In this document: positions 9,115-18,743 of the stretch, piece by piece
Numbering within the stretch: the stretch's first letter is position 1
How the letters are laid out: the number at the start of each line of letters is the position of its first letter
DNA from: a virus
Lineage: Duplodnaviria; Caudoviricetes
Direction: 5' to 3' (one strand)
IMG/VR virus record: IMGVR_UViG_3300037467_002956
Location: 1 to 40,472 of that record
DNA length: 40,472 bases
Notes under the pieces: generated by a model
Databases searched by the model: none
What the model was told of the DNA's origin: nothing
Seen by the model: only the letters and a program-made list of their open reading frames with translations
Made by a program: the position numbers and the translations under genes

Positions 9115-9510
9115 TCAAGCAGCTTCCTGGCACTCGACGATGCGGGTGCCTCGATACCAGATCTGATAGCTTTTCAGACGGTCGAACTCAACGCATCCGC
9201 GCGCTTCGTCGACGGTCGGATAGTCTCCGTGGCTGCTGTGATCGTTGAGGTCGATGACCTCATAGGGCAGCCGCGCGGCTTCGAGTTCTTCCTTGAGCGC
9301 TCGGGCGCGAGCGACGCCGGTATTACGGAAGAACGCGAAGACCGCCTCCCCAGGAGTCGGCCACGCCTTGCGTGAATTGGTTCTGCCGCATCCGAGCGAC
9401 TGAACACGCCATCCGTCATCATGGGCGCTGACGGAGGCGATGTTCGCGCCTCCGCTCTTTAGCTTGTAGTGAGTCGGGCTTTCCTTGACGACTACGATCT
9501 TGGTCGGCAT
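9115..9510 (-). CDS. hypothetical protein
   Basis: Probable start ATG 9510 (MPTKIV) with AAGGAG SD. Confidence 0.7.
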   Translation of the reverse strand: MPTKIVVVKESPTHYKLKSGGANIASVSAHDDGWRVQSLGCGRTNSRKAWPTPGEAVFAFFRNTGVARARALKEELEAARLPYEVIDLNDHSSHGDYPTVDEARGCVEFDRLKSYQIWYRGTRIVECQEAA

Positions 9511-9590
9511 GCCGTTCTCCTTCATCAGATGATTGAAGGCTACGGAGCCACCCAAAACCCGCAACAAACGCCGCGAAAAAATTTCGTCGC

Positions 9591-9944
9591 CTAGGCAAAA
9601 ACGTGCGGCGCGGGTCGGATCCGGCTGGCGTGGCCAAGGCGAGAGCGCCGGATGGATTGGATCCGGCGGCGCAGGTTCCGCTCCCGGGCGAGCCGAGCGA
9701 GTTCGGTGGAGATGATCGCGCGCATGTCGTCGATCGATCGCAGCTCGTCCGCCTCGACCTGAAACTGCTCGGCGCCGGTGGCGTCCGGGTGAGCGAAGAA
9801 CCGGAACGAGACCAGGGCTCCGTTGATGTCGAACCGGACACTCAGCATCGCCCGGCAGCGGCTCATGAACGTGTGTTTCAATCCTGGCAGCCGGTGCATC
9901 CCCAGGCCCCGGCAAAGCTCATACACCTGCGTCTCCGTGATCAT
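9591..9944 (-). CDS. hypothetical protein
   Basis: Probable start ATG 9944 (MITETQ) with GGAGG SD. Confidence 0.6.
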   Translation of the reverse strand: MITETQVYELCRGLGMHRLPGLKHTFMSRCRAMLSVRFDINGALVSFRFFAHPDATGAEQFQVEADELRSIDDMRAIISTELARLARERNLRRRIQSIRRSRLGHASRIRPAPHVFA

Positions 9945-9991
9945 CGGCACCCTCCGTCGACCAACGCGATCTAGCGGGGCGCGACGAAATC

Positions 9992-10366
9992 TCAATCGAT
10001 GTTTCGTACAAGCGTGACCTGACGCTTGCGGACCCGGCGGGCGATCGCCTCCTGTAACGACACCGCAGGCCCGGAGATCAGAACGAAGTCTTTGCGGTTG
10101 AAATGCTTCAGGTACGGCCGGAACTGCCGGAAGATCGTGCCATGGAAAATATTGATCGGAATTTGCCTATTCGACCCCCACCACCATTCCTGACCGAGGT
10201 CGAGGAACCGGCGACGCATATCCTCATCCGGGATCGCGTCCATCACGTACATCGAGAGAAGCTGCGCATCAGAGTTTTGGATGATGCCCAGGTAATGGTT
10301 CTCGTGCAGCGATCCGTAGCTGAGGAACGGGAAGTCCGACAGAACCTGTTCAATTTTCATATCCAT
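9992..10366 (-). CDS. conserved large-phage hypothetical protein
   Basis: FPFLS, YLGIIQN and WWWGSNRQIPINIF motifs; divergent from the structural gene next to primase. Confidence 0.7.
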   Translation of the reverse strand: MDMKIEQVLSDFPFLSYGSLHENHYLGIIQNSDAQLLSMYVMDAIPDEDMRRRFLDLGQEWWWGSNRQIPINIFHGTIFRQFRPYLKHFNRKDFVLISGPAVSLQEAIARRVRKRQVTLVRNID

Positions 10367-10424
10367 AAAATCAATTTATCATTTAAATGCTACTATTTCC
10401 AAGCAAAGCGACAAGATGCGCGAA

Positions 10425-10430
10425 TAAATA
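10425..10430 (+). promoter_or_regulatory. late promoter TAAATA, 4 nt before ATG 10435
   Basis: aaTAAATAtcggATG. Confidence 0.7.
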
Positions 10431-10434
10431 TCGG

Positions 10435-11202
10435 ATGTCCGTCATACACGTCTACTCGCTGCCGCAGGTCCTATGGCTGACTACCGGTATGGGAGCGCCA
10501 AATATGAATTACCCTGTCAACAGAACAGACTTCCGTCTGTACCGCGGAGTGACCAACACCATCGACGTTTACATCAAGGACATCGATCGTAAGCCCGTCA
10601 CCCTCGATAACGGCTCGTCGCCGGTCCTCTACATTCTCTCGCGCGACACCCCGAAGGTGCTGCTGTCGAGGACGATGACGCTGGTCGACGCCACCAAGGC
10701 GTGGTGGCGGTTCTCGATCGCGCCCGCCGACGTCGCCGATTGGCCCGACGGTCCTCTCGATTACGTGGTGACCGTCTCGGCAGACGCCGGGCTCGAAAGC
10801 ATGCTCTACACCGACCAGGGCTATGGCCCAAAGGGCACCGTCATCATGTTGTCGGGCCCGGTGCCGGTCACCCGGCAGCCGATCGTGGTGGCGGCCTCCG
10901 ACATGGCCACCCGGCAGAAGATCATCTACACCGGCGCGCTCGTCGGCAGCGCCCAGGCGGGTCACCTCGGCGTGCAGACGGCGGCGATCTATGCCACCGG
11001 CTTCACCGGCACCGTCACCGCCCAGGGTCTTCTGGACACCACGGCGACCACCGATGACACCCAGTGGGGCGACATCACCGCACTCGATCTCACGAACGCG
11101 ACCGGGCCGCAGGCGATGTCCTTCGAGGGTAACTACTACTGGGTCCGCTTCAAGGTGCAGCCGACCTCAGGCACGATCGATCAGATCCAGTACCTGAACT
11201 GA
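10435..11202 (+). CDS. putative virion structural protein (beta-rich, baseplate/neck-like)
   Basis: ATG 10435 after the late motif; Thr/Gly/Val-rich beta-strand pattern; ends FEGNYYWVRF...GTIDQIQYLN. Confidence 0.6.
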   Translation: MSVIHVYSLPQVLWLTTGMGAPNMNYPVNRTDFRLYRGVTNTIDVYIKDIDRKPVTLDNGSSPVLYILSRDTPKVLLSRTMTLVDATKAWWRFSIAPADVADWPDGPLDYVVTVSADAGLESMLYTDQGYGPKGTVIMLSGPVPVTRQPIVVAASDMATRQKIIYTGALVGSAQAGHLGVQTAAIYATGFTGTVTAQGLLDTTATTDDTQWGDITALDLTNATGPQAMSFEGNYYWVRFKVQPTSGTIDQIQYLN

Positions 11203-11255
11203 TCCAATGAGAAAATGACGGGATCGCCCCGTCTGCGCTAATCTTGCAGTCAGCT

Positions 11256-12338
11256 ATGACTGCATATACCGAAAAGCTCCTCTCGGACGATTTCGTCTGG
11301 GACGCGATCACCACATCCCTTCACTCCAGAAAGCGCCGGGCGTCGACAGGCTTCATCCGTTTCGACTGCCCGATGTGCATCTATCGCGGGACCGGCGCCG
11401 ACAAGCGCGGGCGCGGCGGGGTCAAGCACGACGGCGCAGGCATCGGCGTCCACTGCTTCAATTGCGGCTTCCGCTCGAAGTTCGTCGCCGGAGAGGTGAT
11501 GACCCGCTCGTTCCGCGAGTTCCTGGGCGCGATCGGCATCCCCGAGGAAGAGGTGCAGCGGCTGAACCTGCGGGCCTTTCGCAACCGCATGGCCGTCCAG
11601 CGCAACCCCGTGATCGCGGAGAGCCGTCCGGCGGCCTTTGTGCCGGATTGGAAGACATCCGAGCTGCCGAGCGGGGCCCGGCTCCTGACCGAATGGGCGG
11701 CCGAGGGTTGCGAGGATCCGAACTTCCTCGACGTCGTCACCTACCTCTACGAGACTCGCGGCCACGAGATCGCCGACGCCTACTCCTACGCCTGGACACC
11801 GGAGGGTGAGAACCACGGCATGAACCGGCGGGTGATCATCCCCTTCCTCTACAACGGCCGTGTGGTCGGCTACACCGCCCGGGCGATCGATCCGGATGCC
11901 AAGCAGCGCTACCACATGGAGGCGCCTGCGAACTTCATGTTCAACACCGCGGCGCTGGCGAAACCGAACCGGCGTTTCGCCATCTTCACGGAGGGCGGCT
12001 TCGACGCGATCGCCCTCGACGGCATCGGGCTCCTCGGCGCGAAGATCAACGCCCAGCAGATAGCCTGGATCAAGTCGTTCGACATCACGCCCATCATCCT
12101 GCCCGACCGGGACAAGCGCGGCCTCGATCTCATCGACATGGCCGTCGCCAACGGCTTCCACGTGTCTTTTCCCTCGCTCCGGGACGGCTCCGCGAACCAG
12201 CGCTGCTGGGAAGCGGACGTCAAGGACGCCGCAGAGGCGACGAAGCGCTACGGCCGCCTGTGGACTTTGCACTCGGTCTTGCAATCGGCAACAGCGAACA
12301 AGCTAGAGATCAACATCAAGCGCAAATGGCTATATTGA
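11256..12338 (+). CDS. DNA primase (T4 gp61-like; Zn finger + TOPRIM)
   Basis: CPMC...HCFNC zinc ribbon, VIIPF, GYTAR, TEGGFDA, PDRD and KD motifs; adjacent to helicase. Confidence 0.9.
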   Translation: MTAYTEKLLSDDFVWDAITTSLHSRKRRASTGFIRFDCPMCIYRGTGADKRGRGGVKHDGAGIGVHCFNCGFRSKFVAGEVMTRSFREFLGAIGIPEEEVQRLNLRAFRNRMAVQRNPVIAESRPAAFVPDWKTSELPSGARLLTEWAAEGCEDPNFLDVVTYLYETRGHEIADAYSYAWTPEGENHGMNRRVIIPFLYNGRVVGYTARAIDPDAKQRYHMEAPANFMFNTAALAKPNRRFAIFTEGGFDAIALDGIGLLGAKINAQQIAWIKSFDITPIILPDRDKRGLDLIDMAVANGFHVSFPSLRDGSANQRCWEADVKDAAEATKRYGRLWTLHSVLQSATANKLEINIKRKWLY

Positions 12339-12421
12339 TACTACTACAGCTCGCCTTTCTTCTTAATAGACTCTGACGGGCGGTGGAATGGTAAAATGCC
12401 TCTGTAATACACAGAGGAAAT

Positions 12422-13819
12422 ATGAATAACACACACGAAAGCTACAGCACCGAGATCCAGCAGATCCTTCTGTCCTACATGCTCTCGAATTCCGAGGCAT
12501 TTGCGATGTCGCAGAGCATTCTCAAGGACAGCTACTTCGACAGCATGGTTCGCCCGGCGGCGCGATACATCCTCGATTACTCCGATCGTTTCCACAAACT
12601 GCCGACGCCGCAGATGGTCAAGGCAGGATCGGGCATCGACCTAGAGATCTTCCCCGAGGCGATCGAGCACCGCGACTGGTACCTTGAGACGATCGAGAAC
12701 TTCTGTCGCTACAAGGCGCTCGAAAAGATCATCTTCGACGGCCCGGAGCTGCTTGAGCAGGGCCGCGGCGCCGAGATCGAGTCGGCCGCTCGCGCCGCGC
12801 AGACGATCACCCTGAACCGGGATCTCGGAACCAACTATTTCGCCGATCCGCTCGCCCGCCTTCAGCGCCTCAGGGATAAGTCCAGCTACATCTCGACCGG
12901 CTGGCCATCGCTCGACAAGAAGCTCTACGGCGGGTTCACCAAGGGCGGCCTCAACATCTTCGCCGGTGGGTCCGGCTCGGGCAAGTCCATCCTCTTGCAG
13001 AACATCGCCCTCAACTGGGCGGCGGCTGGCCTGAACGTCATCTACATCAGCCTGGAGCTTTCCGAGGATCTGGTCTCGCTGCGTCTCGACAGCATGCTGA
13101 CCGACACCTCGACCTCATGGGTCATGGGGAACCCGGACGAGGCCGCCCTCAAGATCCGGATGAAGGCCCGCTCAGGCAAGGGCACGCTGACGGTCAAGCG
13201 TCTGCCAGAGACCGGCACCACCGCCAACACCCTGCGGGCCTACGTCACCGAGTGGCAGATCCAGACCGGTCTGAAGCTCGACGCGCTCGTCGTCGACTAC
13301 CTCGACCTGCTGTACCCCAACAGCGGGCGCATCGACGTGACCAACCTGTTCGTCAAGGAGAAGATCGCCTCCGAGGAGCTGCGCGCCCTTCTGCACGAAC
13401 TCGACGTGGTCTCGGCCACCGCCTCTCAGCTCAACCGCGGCTCCACCGAGCAGCAGGAGTACGACCACGCGTCGATCGCGGGCTCGATCGGTAAGATCTC
13501 GACCGCGGACAATCTCATGGGCATCTACGCACCACCCTCGCTCAAGGAGAAGGGCGAGTACGAGCTTCAGTTCCTGAAGACGCGCTCGGCCGGGTCCGTT
13601 GGGCAGAAGCTGCGCCTGGGCTACAACAAGGAGAGCATGCTGCTGACCGACATCGCCGACCTCGTCGAGAAGCCGATGACGGGCGAGGAGGTGCGCAAGG
13701 ATCTGCGCTCGAAGATCGAGGAGGCGGCACCCGCACGCGGTCCGATCGAGGTCCAGTCGAACACTCGGAGCGATGTCGCCAAGCTGATGGAGCGGATCCG
13801 AGGACGCGGACCAGTATAA
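12422..13819 (+). CDS. replicative DnaB-family helicase (T4 gp41-like)
   Basis: STGWPSLD, Walker A GGSGSGKS, YISLEL, Walker B VVDYLD, TASQLNR, KTR arginine finger. Confidence 0.95.
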   Translation: MNNTHESYSTEIQQILLSYMLSNSEAFAMSQSILKDSYFDSMVRPAARYILDYSDRFHKLPTPQMVKAGSGIDLEIFPEAIEHRDWYLETIENFCRYKALEKIIFDGPELLEQGRGAEIESAARAAQTITLNRDLGTNYFADPLARLQRLRDKSSYISTGWPSLDKKLYGGFTKGGLNIFAGGSGSGKSILLQNIALNWAAAGLNVIYISLELSEDLVSLRLDSMLTDTSTSWVMGNPDEAALKIRMKARSGKGTLTVKRLPETGTTANTLRAYVTEWQIQTGLKLDALVVDYLDLLYPNSGRIDVTNLFVKEKIASEELRALLHELDVVSATASQLNRGSTEQQEYDHASIAGSIGKISTADNLMGIYAPPSLKEKGEYELQFLKTRSAGSVGQKLRLGYNKESMLLTDIADLVEKPMTGEEVRKDLRSKIEEAAPARGPIEVQSNTRSDVAKLMERIRGRGPV

Positions 13820-13826
13820 CTGTAGA

Positions 13827-13832
13827 TAAATA
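13827..13832 (+). promoter_or_regulatory. late promoter TAAATA, 6 nt before ATG 13839
   Basis: gaTAAATAcggcttATG. Confidence 0.7.
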
Positions 13833-13838
13833 CGGCTT

Positions 13839-14489
13839 ATGGATCAGGACAACGATAGCAACTTCGAGGCGATGAGGAACTACATCCTCATCGCCGAAGC
13901 CCTGGATGGCCTTCTCACCCCGGCGCCTCAGCCTGAGCCGATCGTTGAGGACACCCGGGCAACAGAAGACGTCCCCTCCCCGCTTGTGTTCGAGCTGATG
14001 GAGGCGGTCACGCATATGCGCGCGCTGATGGAGAATTCCGGCGATGCTGCCTACGACGAAGGCTTCGATGCCGCGTCCGCCCGCTGGGCCGACGTGATCG
14101 AAAATATCGTTCGCCGCAACACTGACTTGAAGAAGCCCGAAGCGCCCCGTAGATACGCCGTCATGGAGCGCGCGGAAGAAAACAGCCTGTTCGAGATGGC
14201 TGGTCTGAGATCATCTCAGACCGGGCTGCCGTTCTATGTCTGGGCAAGCCCCAAGGGTGGCGCAAAGCACGATGTCCGGATCAAGGTCTCGCCGTCGTTC
14301 AAGTACGATCCTGAGAACGAGGTCGTGCTGGGCCTGCGCCCGACGATTCGGGTCCTGCACGGCGACATCAGCGCCAAGGACCTGCGGCTCGTGACCGAGT
14401 GGGCCGAGAAGAACATGGACGCGATCGTCGCGTTCTGGAACGAAGAGATCGATCAGGACGATTTCAAGGATCGGATCCAGCCGATCTGA
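13839..14489 (+). CDS. late protein, putative head-packaged; C-terminal DUF4160-like domain
   Basis: Late promoter; MRNYILIAE motif; C-terminal LFEMAGL..TGLPFYVW..HDVRIKV..W..N..AI..FWN pattern. Confidence 0.6.
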   Translation: MDQDNDSNFEAMRNYILIAEALDGLLTPAPQPEPIVEDTRATEDVPSPLVFELMEAVTHMRALMENSGDAAYDEGFDAASARWADVIENIVRRNTDLKKPEAPRRYAVMERAEENSLFEMAGLRSSQTGLPFYVWASPKGGAKHDVRIKVSPSFKYDPENEVVLGLRPTIRVLHGDISAKDLRLVTEWAEKNMDAIVAFWNEEIDQDDFKDRIQPI

Positions 14490-14492
14490 TCC

Positions 14493-14939
14493 TCAAGAAC
14501 TGAGCGCGAGCTGCAACATCACCAGATCGTCTTCGCACTCACAGCCGATCCACGTGGACGCGCTCCGATAATCCGGAAAAATCGCGACGCGTCCTTCGGT
14601 CTCCATTTGCGTCAAAATTCCTTGGACTGACGCATAGGTTCTATGAACCTTGATGTTTCTGGAATAGTACGTCCCCATCATCAGGATCATGGCACCGCTT
14701 ATTTGCACACTAGACAATTCATATTCGCGAAACGCTCTATAGGCGATCTCGAATTTGTTTACATCGACAACGTGGTCATTGGCATATAGCTCACAGATAA
14801 TGCGGTGAGCGTGCTCGACCCCGTCGATGTCCTCCATCCCCTCGCGAAATTGCGGGCTCATATACACAAACATCTTCTGCTCTTCGGTGAGAGCTTGCAT
14901 GAGCGCCCACGCGCGCTCCTCATCGGTCAGATCAGACAT
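14493..14939 (-). CDS. hypothetical protein, EDD C-terminal family
   Basis: 148 aa, ends WIGCECEDDLVMLQLALSS. Confidence 0.65.
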   Translation of the reverse strand: MSDLTDEERAWALMQALTEEQKMFVYMSPQFREGMEDIDGVEHAHRIICELYANDHVVDVNKFEIAYRAFREYELSSVQISGAMILMMGTYYSRNIKVHRTYASVQGILTQMETEGRVAIFPDYRSASTWIGCECEDDLVMLQLALSS

Positions 14940-14954
14940 TGATCAGCCCGCCGC

Positions 14955-15419
14955 TCAGGAAAAGCGTAAAGCGAGTGCCACCGCGTCAGCCTCGTCGGAG
15001 CACCACAGGATCGTATTGTAGCGGCCAACCCCAACGTGGGTATGCGCGACCAGTGCGGCGTTCGTGGAGGAATTTTCGACCATGAACTGTTCAATGACTG
15101 AGCACGCAGTGATCTGCTGGAGGATGCAAAGCGCCCGAGGTTTGATGGTGACGCACCGGAGGTGCAATGCTGACGCGAAATTCCCGAAGTGTCGGTCGTG
15201 GAGAAGTCGCGTCTCTTGATCCATCGCATTATGGAAGTTTTCGAATTTTATTACCCCGATTGGGACCGCATCATCCAGGCGGCGCGACACCACTTCCAGG
15301 AGGTTGTCGTAAGCGTTTGAGAAGAAACTCTCTCGGAATTCCTCATTCTCGGTGAAGAACCTCGGTAGCACGCTGAAGGTGGAGAGCAGGCGTTGGCCGA
15401 AGTCGGATGCCTCAACCAT
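14955..15419 (-). CDS. hypothetical protein, EDD/EAD C-terminal family
   Basis: 154 aa, ends ILWCSDEADAVALALRFS. Confidence 0.65.
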   Translation of the reverse strand: MVEASDFGQRLLSTFSVLPRFFTENEEFRESFFSNAYDNLLEVVSRRLDDAVPIGVIKFENFHNAMDQETRLLHDRHFGNFASALHLRCVTIKPRALCILQQITACSVIEQFMVENSSTNAALVAHTHVGVGRYNTILWCSDEADAVALALRFS

Positions 15420-16011
15420 CGACGTAGCCTCGATCCTTCATGATCCCGAGGACGACAGCTCCCAGGAGCGCGGTCGCGTCGCTCTTGGCGCGGAAGCCGA
15501 TCTCACCGCCGGACGGTGGGAACAGGGCCGCGGTGACGAAATCGGTGTTGCCCTGGTGCAGGATCCGGTAGCCCCAGGCCGAGAAATTCCGGATCGCGAT
15601 CGCGGCGACGTGCCGGACCTCGCGGAGGTCAGAGGTCACCTGCGGGATGGCCGCGGTGAACCGTTGGCTGGCCTTGCACCACTCCGTGATCCCGACCGCC
15701 ACGGCGATATCCTCCTCAACGTCGACATCCTCATCGCCGTCGTCGATCTCCGCGATCCGGATGAGCAGCGGCTTCAGCTTCGCGATCACGGCGAGGTCGG
15801 CAGGATCCGGCTCGGGCGCCGGTGGCAGCTCCGCTTCGAGCACGCCGAGCTGGCCGGGCTCGTTCGAGCCGGAGCAGGCGAACGCGTGGTGCTCGGCCTT
15901 GGGGCAGCGTTTGTTCCCACAGTGGGAACAGACCACGAAGGTCTGTGCCAGGGCCCATACGCCTTCGCGGTCTTTGATGCAGGCGCGGCAGCGGCAGCGG
16001 CAGCCAGTCAC
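15412..16011 (-). CDS. hypothetical protein with N-terminal Cys/His-rich metal-binding module
   Basis: CRCRAC...CSHCGNKRCPKAEHH..CSGSNEPGQ; GTG start overlaps the upstream stop. Confidence 0.65.
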   Translation of the reverse strand: MTGCRCRCRACIKDREGVWALAQTFVVCSHCGNKRCPKAEHHAFACSGSNEPGQLGVLEAELPPAPEPDPADLAVIAKLKPLLIRIAEIDDGDEDVDVEEDIAVAVGITEWCKASQRFTAAIPQVTSDLREVRHVAAIAIRNFSAWGYRILHQGNTDFVTAALFPPSGGEIGFRAKSDATALLGAVVLGIMKDRGYVDG

Positions 16012-16244
16012 TACTGGTCCCCGTCGACGGTCGGGGCAACGCCCATGCGCCGCGCGATGTACGCCTCCTGGCCTTCCGGACCGATTTCGGCGGCGACGTA
16101 GGCGGCGATGGCCTCACGCATGATGTCGCCCTTCGGTCGGTTCTGCCAGAACGAGAGCGTTCGCAGGCAGGAGTCGAGATCCTTGTCGAGGTAGATTGTG
16201 CGCAGGACCTGCGCCTTCTTGGTATCTTGACCCATCATACACAT
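16011..16244 (-). CDS. ribbon-helix-helix (CopG/Arc-like) DNA-binding protein
   Basis: RTIYLDKDLD..L..LS....PKGDIMREAI..Y fits the RHH beta-strand/helix/helix pattern. Confidence 0.7.
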   Translation of the reverse strand: MCMMGQDTKKAQVLRTIYLDKDLDSCLRTLSFWQNRPKGDIMREAIAAYVAAEIGPEGQEAYIARRMGVAPTVDGDQ

Positions 16245-16331
16245 AGAGCTTTTTCAACATGTTCTCGTAACACCAACGCCACCGGCGAGCGACGGCGTAT
16301 TGTAGATATTAGTCTTTCACGAACTTTGTGC

Positions 16332-16337
16332 TAAATA
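16332..16337 (+). promoter_or_regulatory. late promoter TAAATA
   Basis: gcTAAATAta upstream of 16365. Confidence 0.65.
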
Positions 16338-16364
16338 TAAAGTTCATATCAGGACCTCTCCACC

Positions 16365-16631
16365 TTGGAAACCAAGCTAAAAAGTCTCCTCGACGAGATC
16401 AGCACTTATGCACCCAAGCAGAATGTTGATCAGATCTTGGAAATGCGCGTCGGCCAGATCGTTGCGTCGGCACAGCATCTCTTCAAACTGATCGAGGAAA
16501 ACTACGACACCGAGACCGCCGAGGATCTTTCCCGGCGCCTGCTGAACTCGATCCGGACCGGCGACGAAAACAAGTTCCGCCGGAAGATCGTACAGGTGCG
16601 CGAGGCCCGCGCAAAGGGCAAGAAAAAATGA
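16365..16631 (+). CDS. conserved late hypothetical protein
   Basis: 88 aa, TTG start after AGGA; KSLLDE and RRLLNSI..D..KF motifs; ATGA overlap with next gene. Confidence 0.7.
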   Translation: METKLKSLLDEISTYAPKQNVDQILEMRVGQIVASAQHLFKLIEENYDTETAEDLSRRLLNSIRTGDENKFRRKIVQVREARAKGKKK

Positions 16632-18178
16632 GCCAGCTCGACGAAGATGGCGTCCTTCCCGATCTGGTCGGCGGTGCTAGTCGTCTCGTCGGCAAGAGCG
16701 CAAGGGCCGCCCTCGATGGGACCAAGGCCGCATACGGCGCCACGAACATGGGCGCGCGCAGCCGCGCCAAGAAAGCGGTCAACCAGTGGGTGTCCCGCAT
16801 CAACCGGGACTGGCAAGAGTATGCTGAGACCCAGAAGCTGAAGGACCCGCGCGAGTCCGACGTCTACGAATTCCTTCAAGCCGAGTACGGCCGCTTCGAC
16901 CCACACATCCACGACGTCCTCGGTCGCAAGATTCAGGAGCTGCGCACCTCCGAGCCGGACGAGGCTGGATACGCCGAGGAGCGCGGCGAGGCCGGTAATT
17001 CCGACGCCCTGAGCCACGACCCGGATTGGGCCGCCTTCAAGCACGCCGCATCCCCGGATCGCGATCGCCCCGAAGAGATCCGGCAGAGATCTCGCGGCAC
17101 TGCGCAGGGAAACAGCCAGCCTGCCTCCGGCAAGGCGTGGTCTCAACCCGGCGTTGGCCCAGAAAAGAAGAACTGGTCCGCTCCCGACGTGAAGGCCAAC
17201 CCGACCTCTCGCGCCGCCCAGCAGACCATGCAGGCCCAGTACGCCCGCTCCCAGGCCGCACGGGCCCCCCAGAAGGCTCCTCAGGCCCAGCAGGCTCCTG
17301 TGCACGATCGGGAGCAGCACGGCCCGGGTGTCCTCCGCGTCGGAGAACAGCCCCCGGCACGCGCGGATCTCGCCAACTGGGACAAGAGCAACATCCGTCA
17401 CCGCCATCGCAGCGATACCATCGACTTCGACGCCTTCGACCATGAGGACGAGCTGCACCGGCAGATCGACGCCGCCCGGCGCGAGCGCAACAAGAAGCTC
17501 AAGCGCGAGGCCGCGGCGCCGAAGGCCCGCGCGATCCTTGAGACCGCAGCAAACGTTGCCGCCTACGCCCGCGAGAAAGGAAGCCGCGCCGCTGCGCTCG
17601 AAACGATCTCGGCCTTGCAAGAGACGTTCACCGGCGAAGCGATGGCGCTTACGCTCGCGCGTCGCATGATCCACGAGAACATGTCGGACGCCGCGGTGAT
17701 CGCCGAGGCCATGCGCCTTGCGGAAGCCGACAACCCGGTCAGCCGCAGCGACCTCAAGGTGATCTTCAACGCCTTCGCGCGCTCGCTCCTGAGAAATCCC
17801 GATGTCCGCTATGCGACGATCCGCTTGGATCCGCGCAACCCCCGGTTCGACGGCTTCCTGCGCAACATCAACCGGTCCAGCAGCGGCCACGGTGGGACAC
17901 CTTACGCGCCCACAAGCAACAGCCCTACTCAGCAGAGGGCTCCGGCGCAGTCCAAACCGACGCACGAGACCGGAAACCTTCCGGTCACCATCAGCACTGC
18001 GGAGTTGAATGCCGATCTTGAGCGGCTGAAGGTCCCGCCGCACGCCTTCGAGAACCTGCGCCGCTTGGTCAAGCGAAAAGGCTTGGGTGCCATTCACGAC
18101 ATGGGTCACGGCATGGACGAGGATGCCCGCAAGCTGCTCATCGCCCTGATGGCGATCATCGTTCGGCACGGCGGCTGA
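16628..18178 (+). CDS. putative head-associated protein with low-complexity Q/A/P linker
   Basis: 516 aa late-operon gene; several (L/I)-x-E sites (LDE, ILE, LQE, IHE, IAE, LAE) of the kind cleaved by T4-type prohead proteases. Confidence 0.6.
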   Translation: MSQLDEDGVLPDLVGGASRLVGKSARAALDGTKAAYGATNMGARSRAKKAVNQWVSRINRDWQEYAETQKLKDPRESDVYEFLQAEYGRFDPHIHDVLGRKIQELRTSEPDEAGYAEERGEAGNSDALSHDPDWAAFKHAASPDRDRPEEIRQRSRGTAQGNSQPASGKAWSQPGVGPEKKNWSAPDVKANPTSRAAQQTMQAQYARSQAARAPQKAPQAQQAPVHDREQHGPGVLRVGEQPPARADLANWDKSNIRHRHRSDTIDFDAFDHEDELHRQIDAARRERNKKLKREAAAPKARAILETAANVAAYAREKGSRAAALETISALQETFTGEAMALTLARRMIHENMSDAAVIAEAMRLAEADNPVSRSDLKVIFNAFARSLLRNPDVRYATIRLDPRNPRFDGFLRNINRSSSGHGGTPYAPTSNSPTQQRAPAQSKPTHETGNLPVTISTAELNADLERLKVPPHAFENLRRLVKRKGLGAIHDMGHGMDEDARKLLIALMAIIVRHGG

Positions 18179-18189
18179 GCCTGACATTG

Positions 18190-18210
18190 TCCGACGAAAT
18201 TTTCGTCGGA
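18190..18210. promoter_or_regulatory. perfect palindrome TCCGACGAAA-T-TTTCGTCGGA (operator-like)
   Basis: 10-bp arms; intergenic, upstream of 18286. Confidence 0.7.
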
Positions 18211-18285
18211 CGCTTGCGGACGACGTAAGCTCGCTTCATCTTCCCGTGCGTAGCAACGATTCGACTTCGCACCCCGGGTCTACCA

Positions 18286-18633
18286 ATGAAGCAACATGCC
18301 CTTCTCGATCTCACGCATGCCATCGAGAACCAGCCGCAGGATCGATTCCCGCTCGATGCCGCGGTCTCTCGTCTCCTCAAGCTTCCGGCGGACGAGGAGT
18401 TGTATCTCCCGCTGCAAGATCCCGACGCCGCCCGAGCTGTCGCCGATCTGATTTTCCCGAGCGCCAAGCTCACCGTCTGGCAGGACGGGAACCAAATCGT
18501 CGCCCACTTCCACCCCGCGGGCTGGAAGGCGCCGGTGCGCAGACGTCATCCCAACGAGGCGGCTGCGATCTGCATGTGCGTCCTCTGTGCCCGATACCTT
18601 GAGATTGAGGACGTCCGCCTTCTCCACGCCTGA
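18286..18633 (+). CDS. hypothetical protein
   Basis: 115 aa, GC3-rich codons, co-directional. Confidence 0.6.
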   Translation: MKQHALLDLTHAIENQPQDRFPLDAAVSRLLKLPADEELYLPLQDPDAARAVADLIFPSAKLTVWQDGNQIVAHFHPAGWKAPVRRRHPNEAAAICMCVLCARYLEIEDVRLLHA

Positions 18634-18743
18634 CGATATCTCAATCGTTTTTCGTCGCCACCGCCGCTAATACCGACTCCTCCGGAGTGCTGTTATCGAA
18701 GCGTGAGCGTAGGATCTCTGCGATCCTAACCCCCACGGTTGAC

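Noticed and set aside
11250-12284. 344-aa minus-strand ORF
   Set aside because: Antisense shadow of the primase.
16502-18187. 561-aa minus-strand ORF
   Set aside because: Antisense shadow of 16628..18178 caused by GC3 bias; no SD or motifs.
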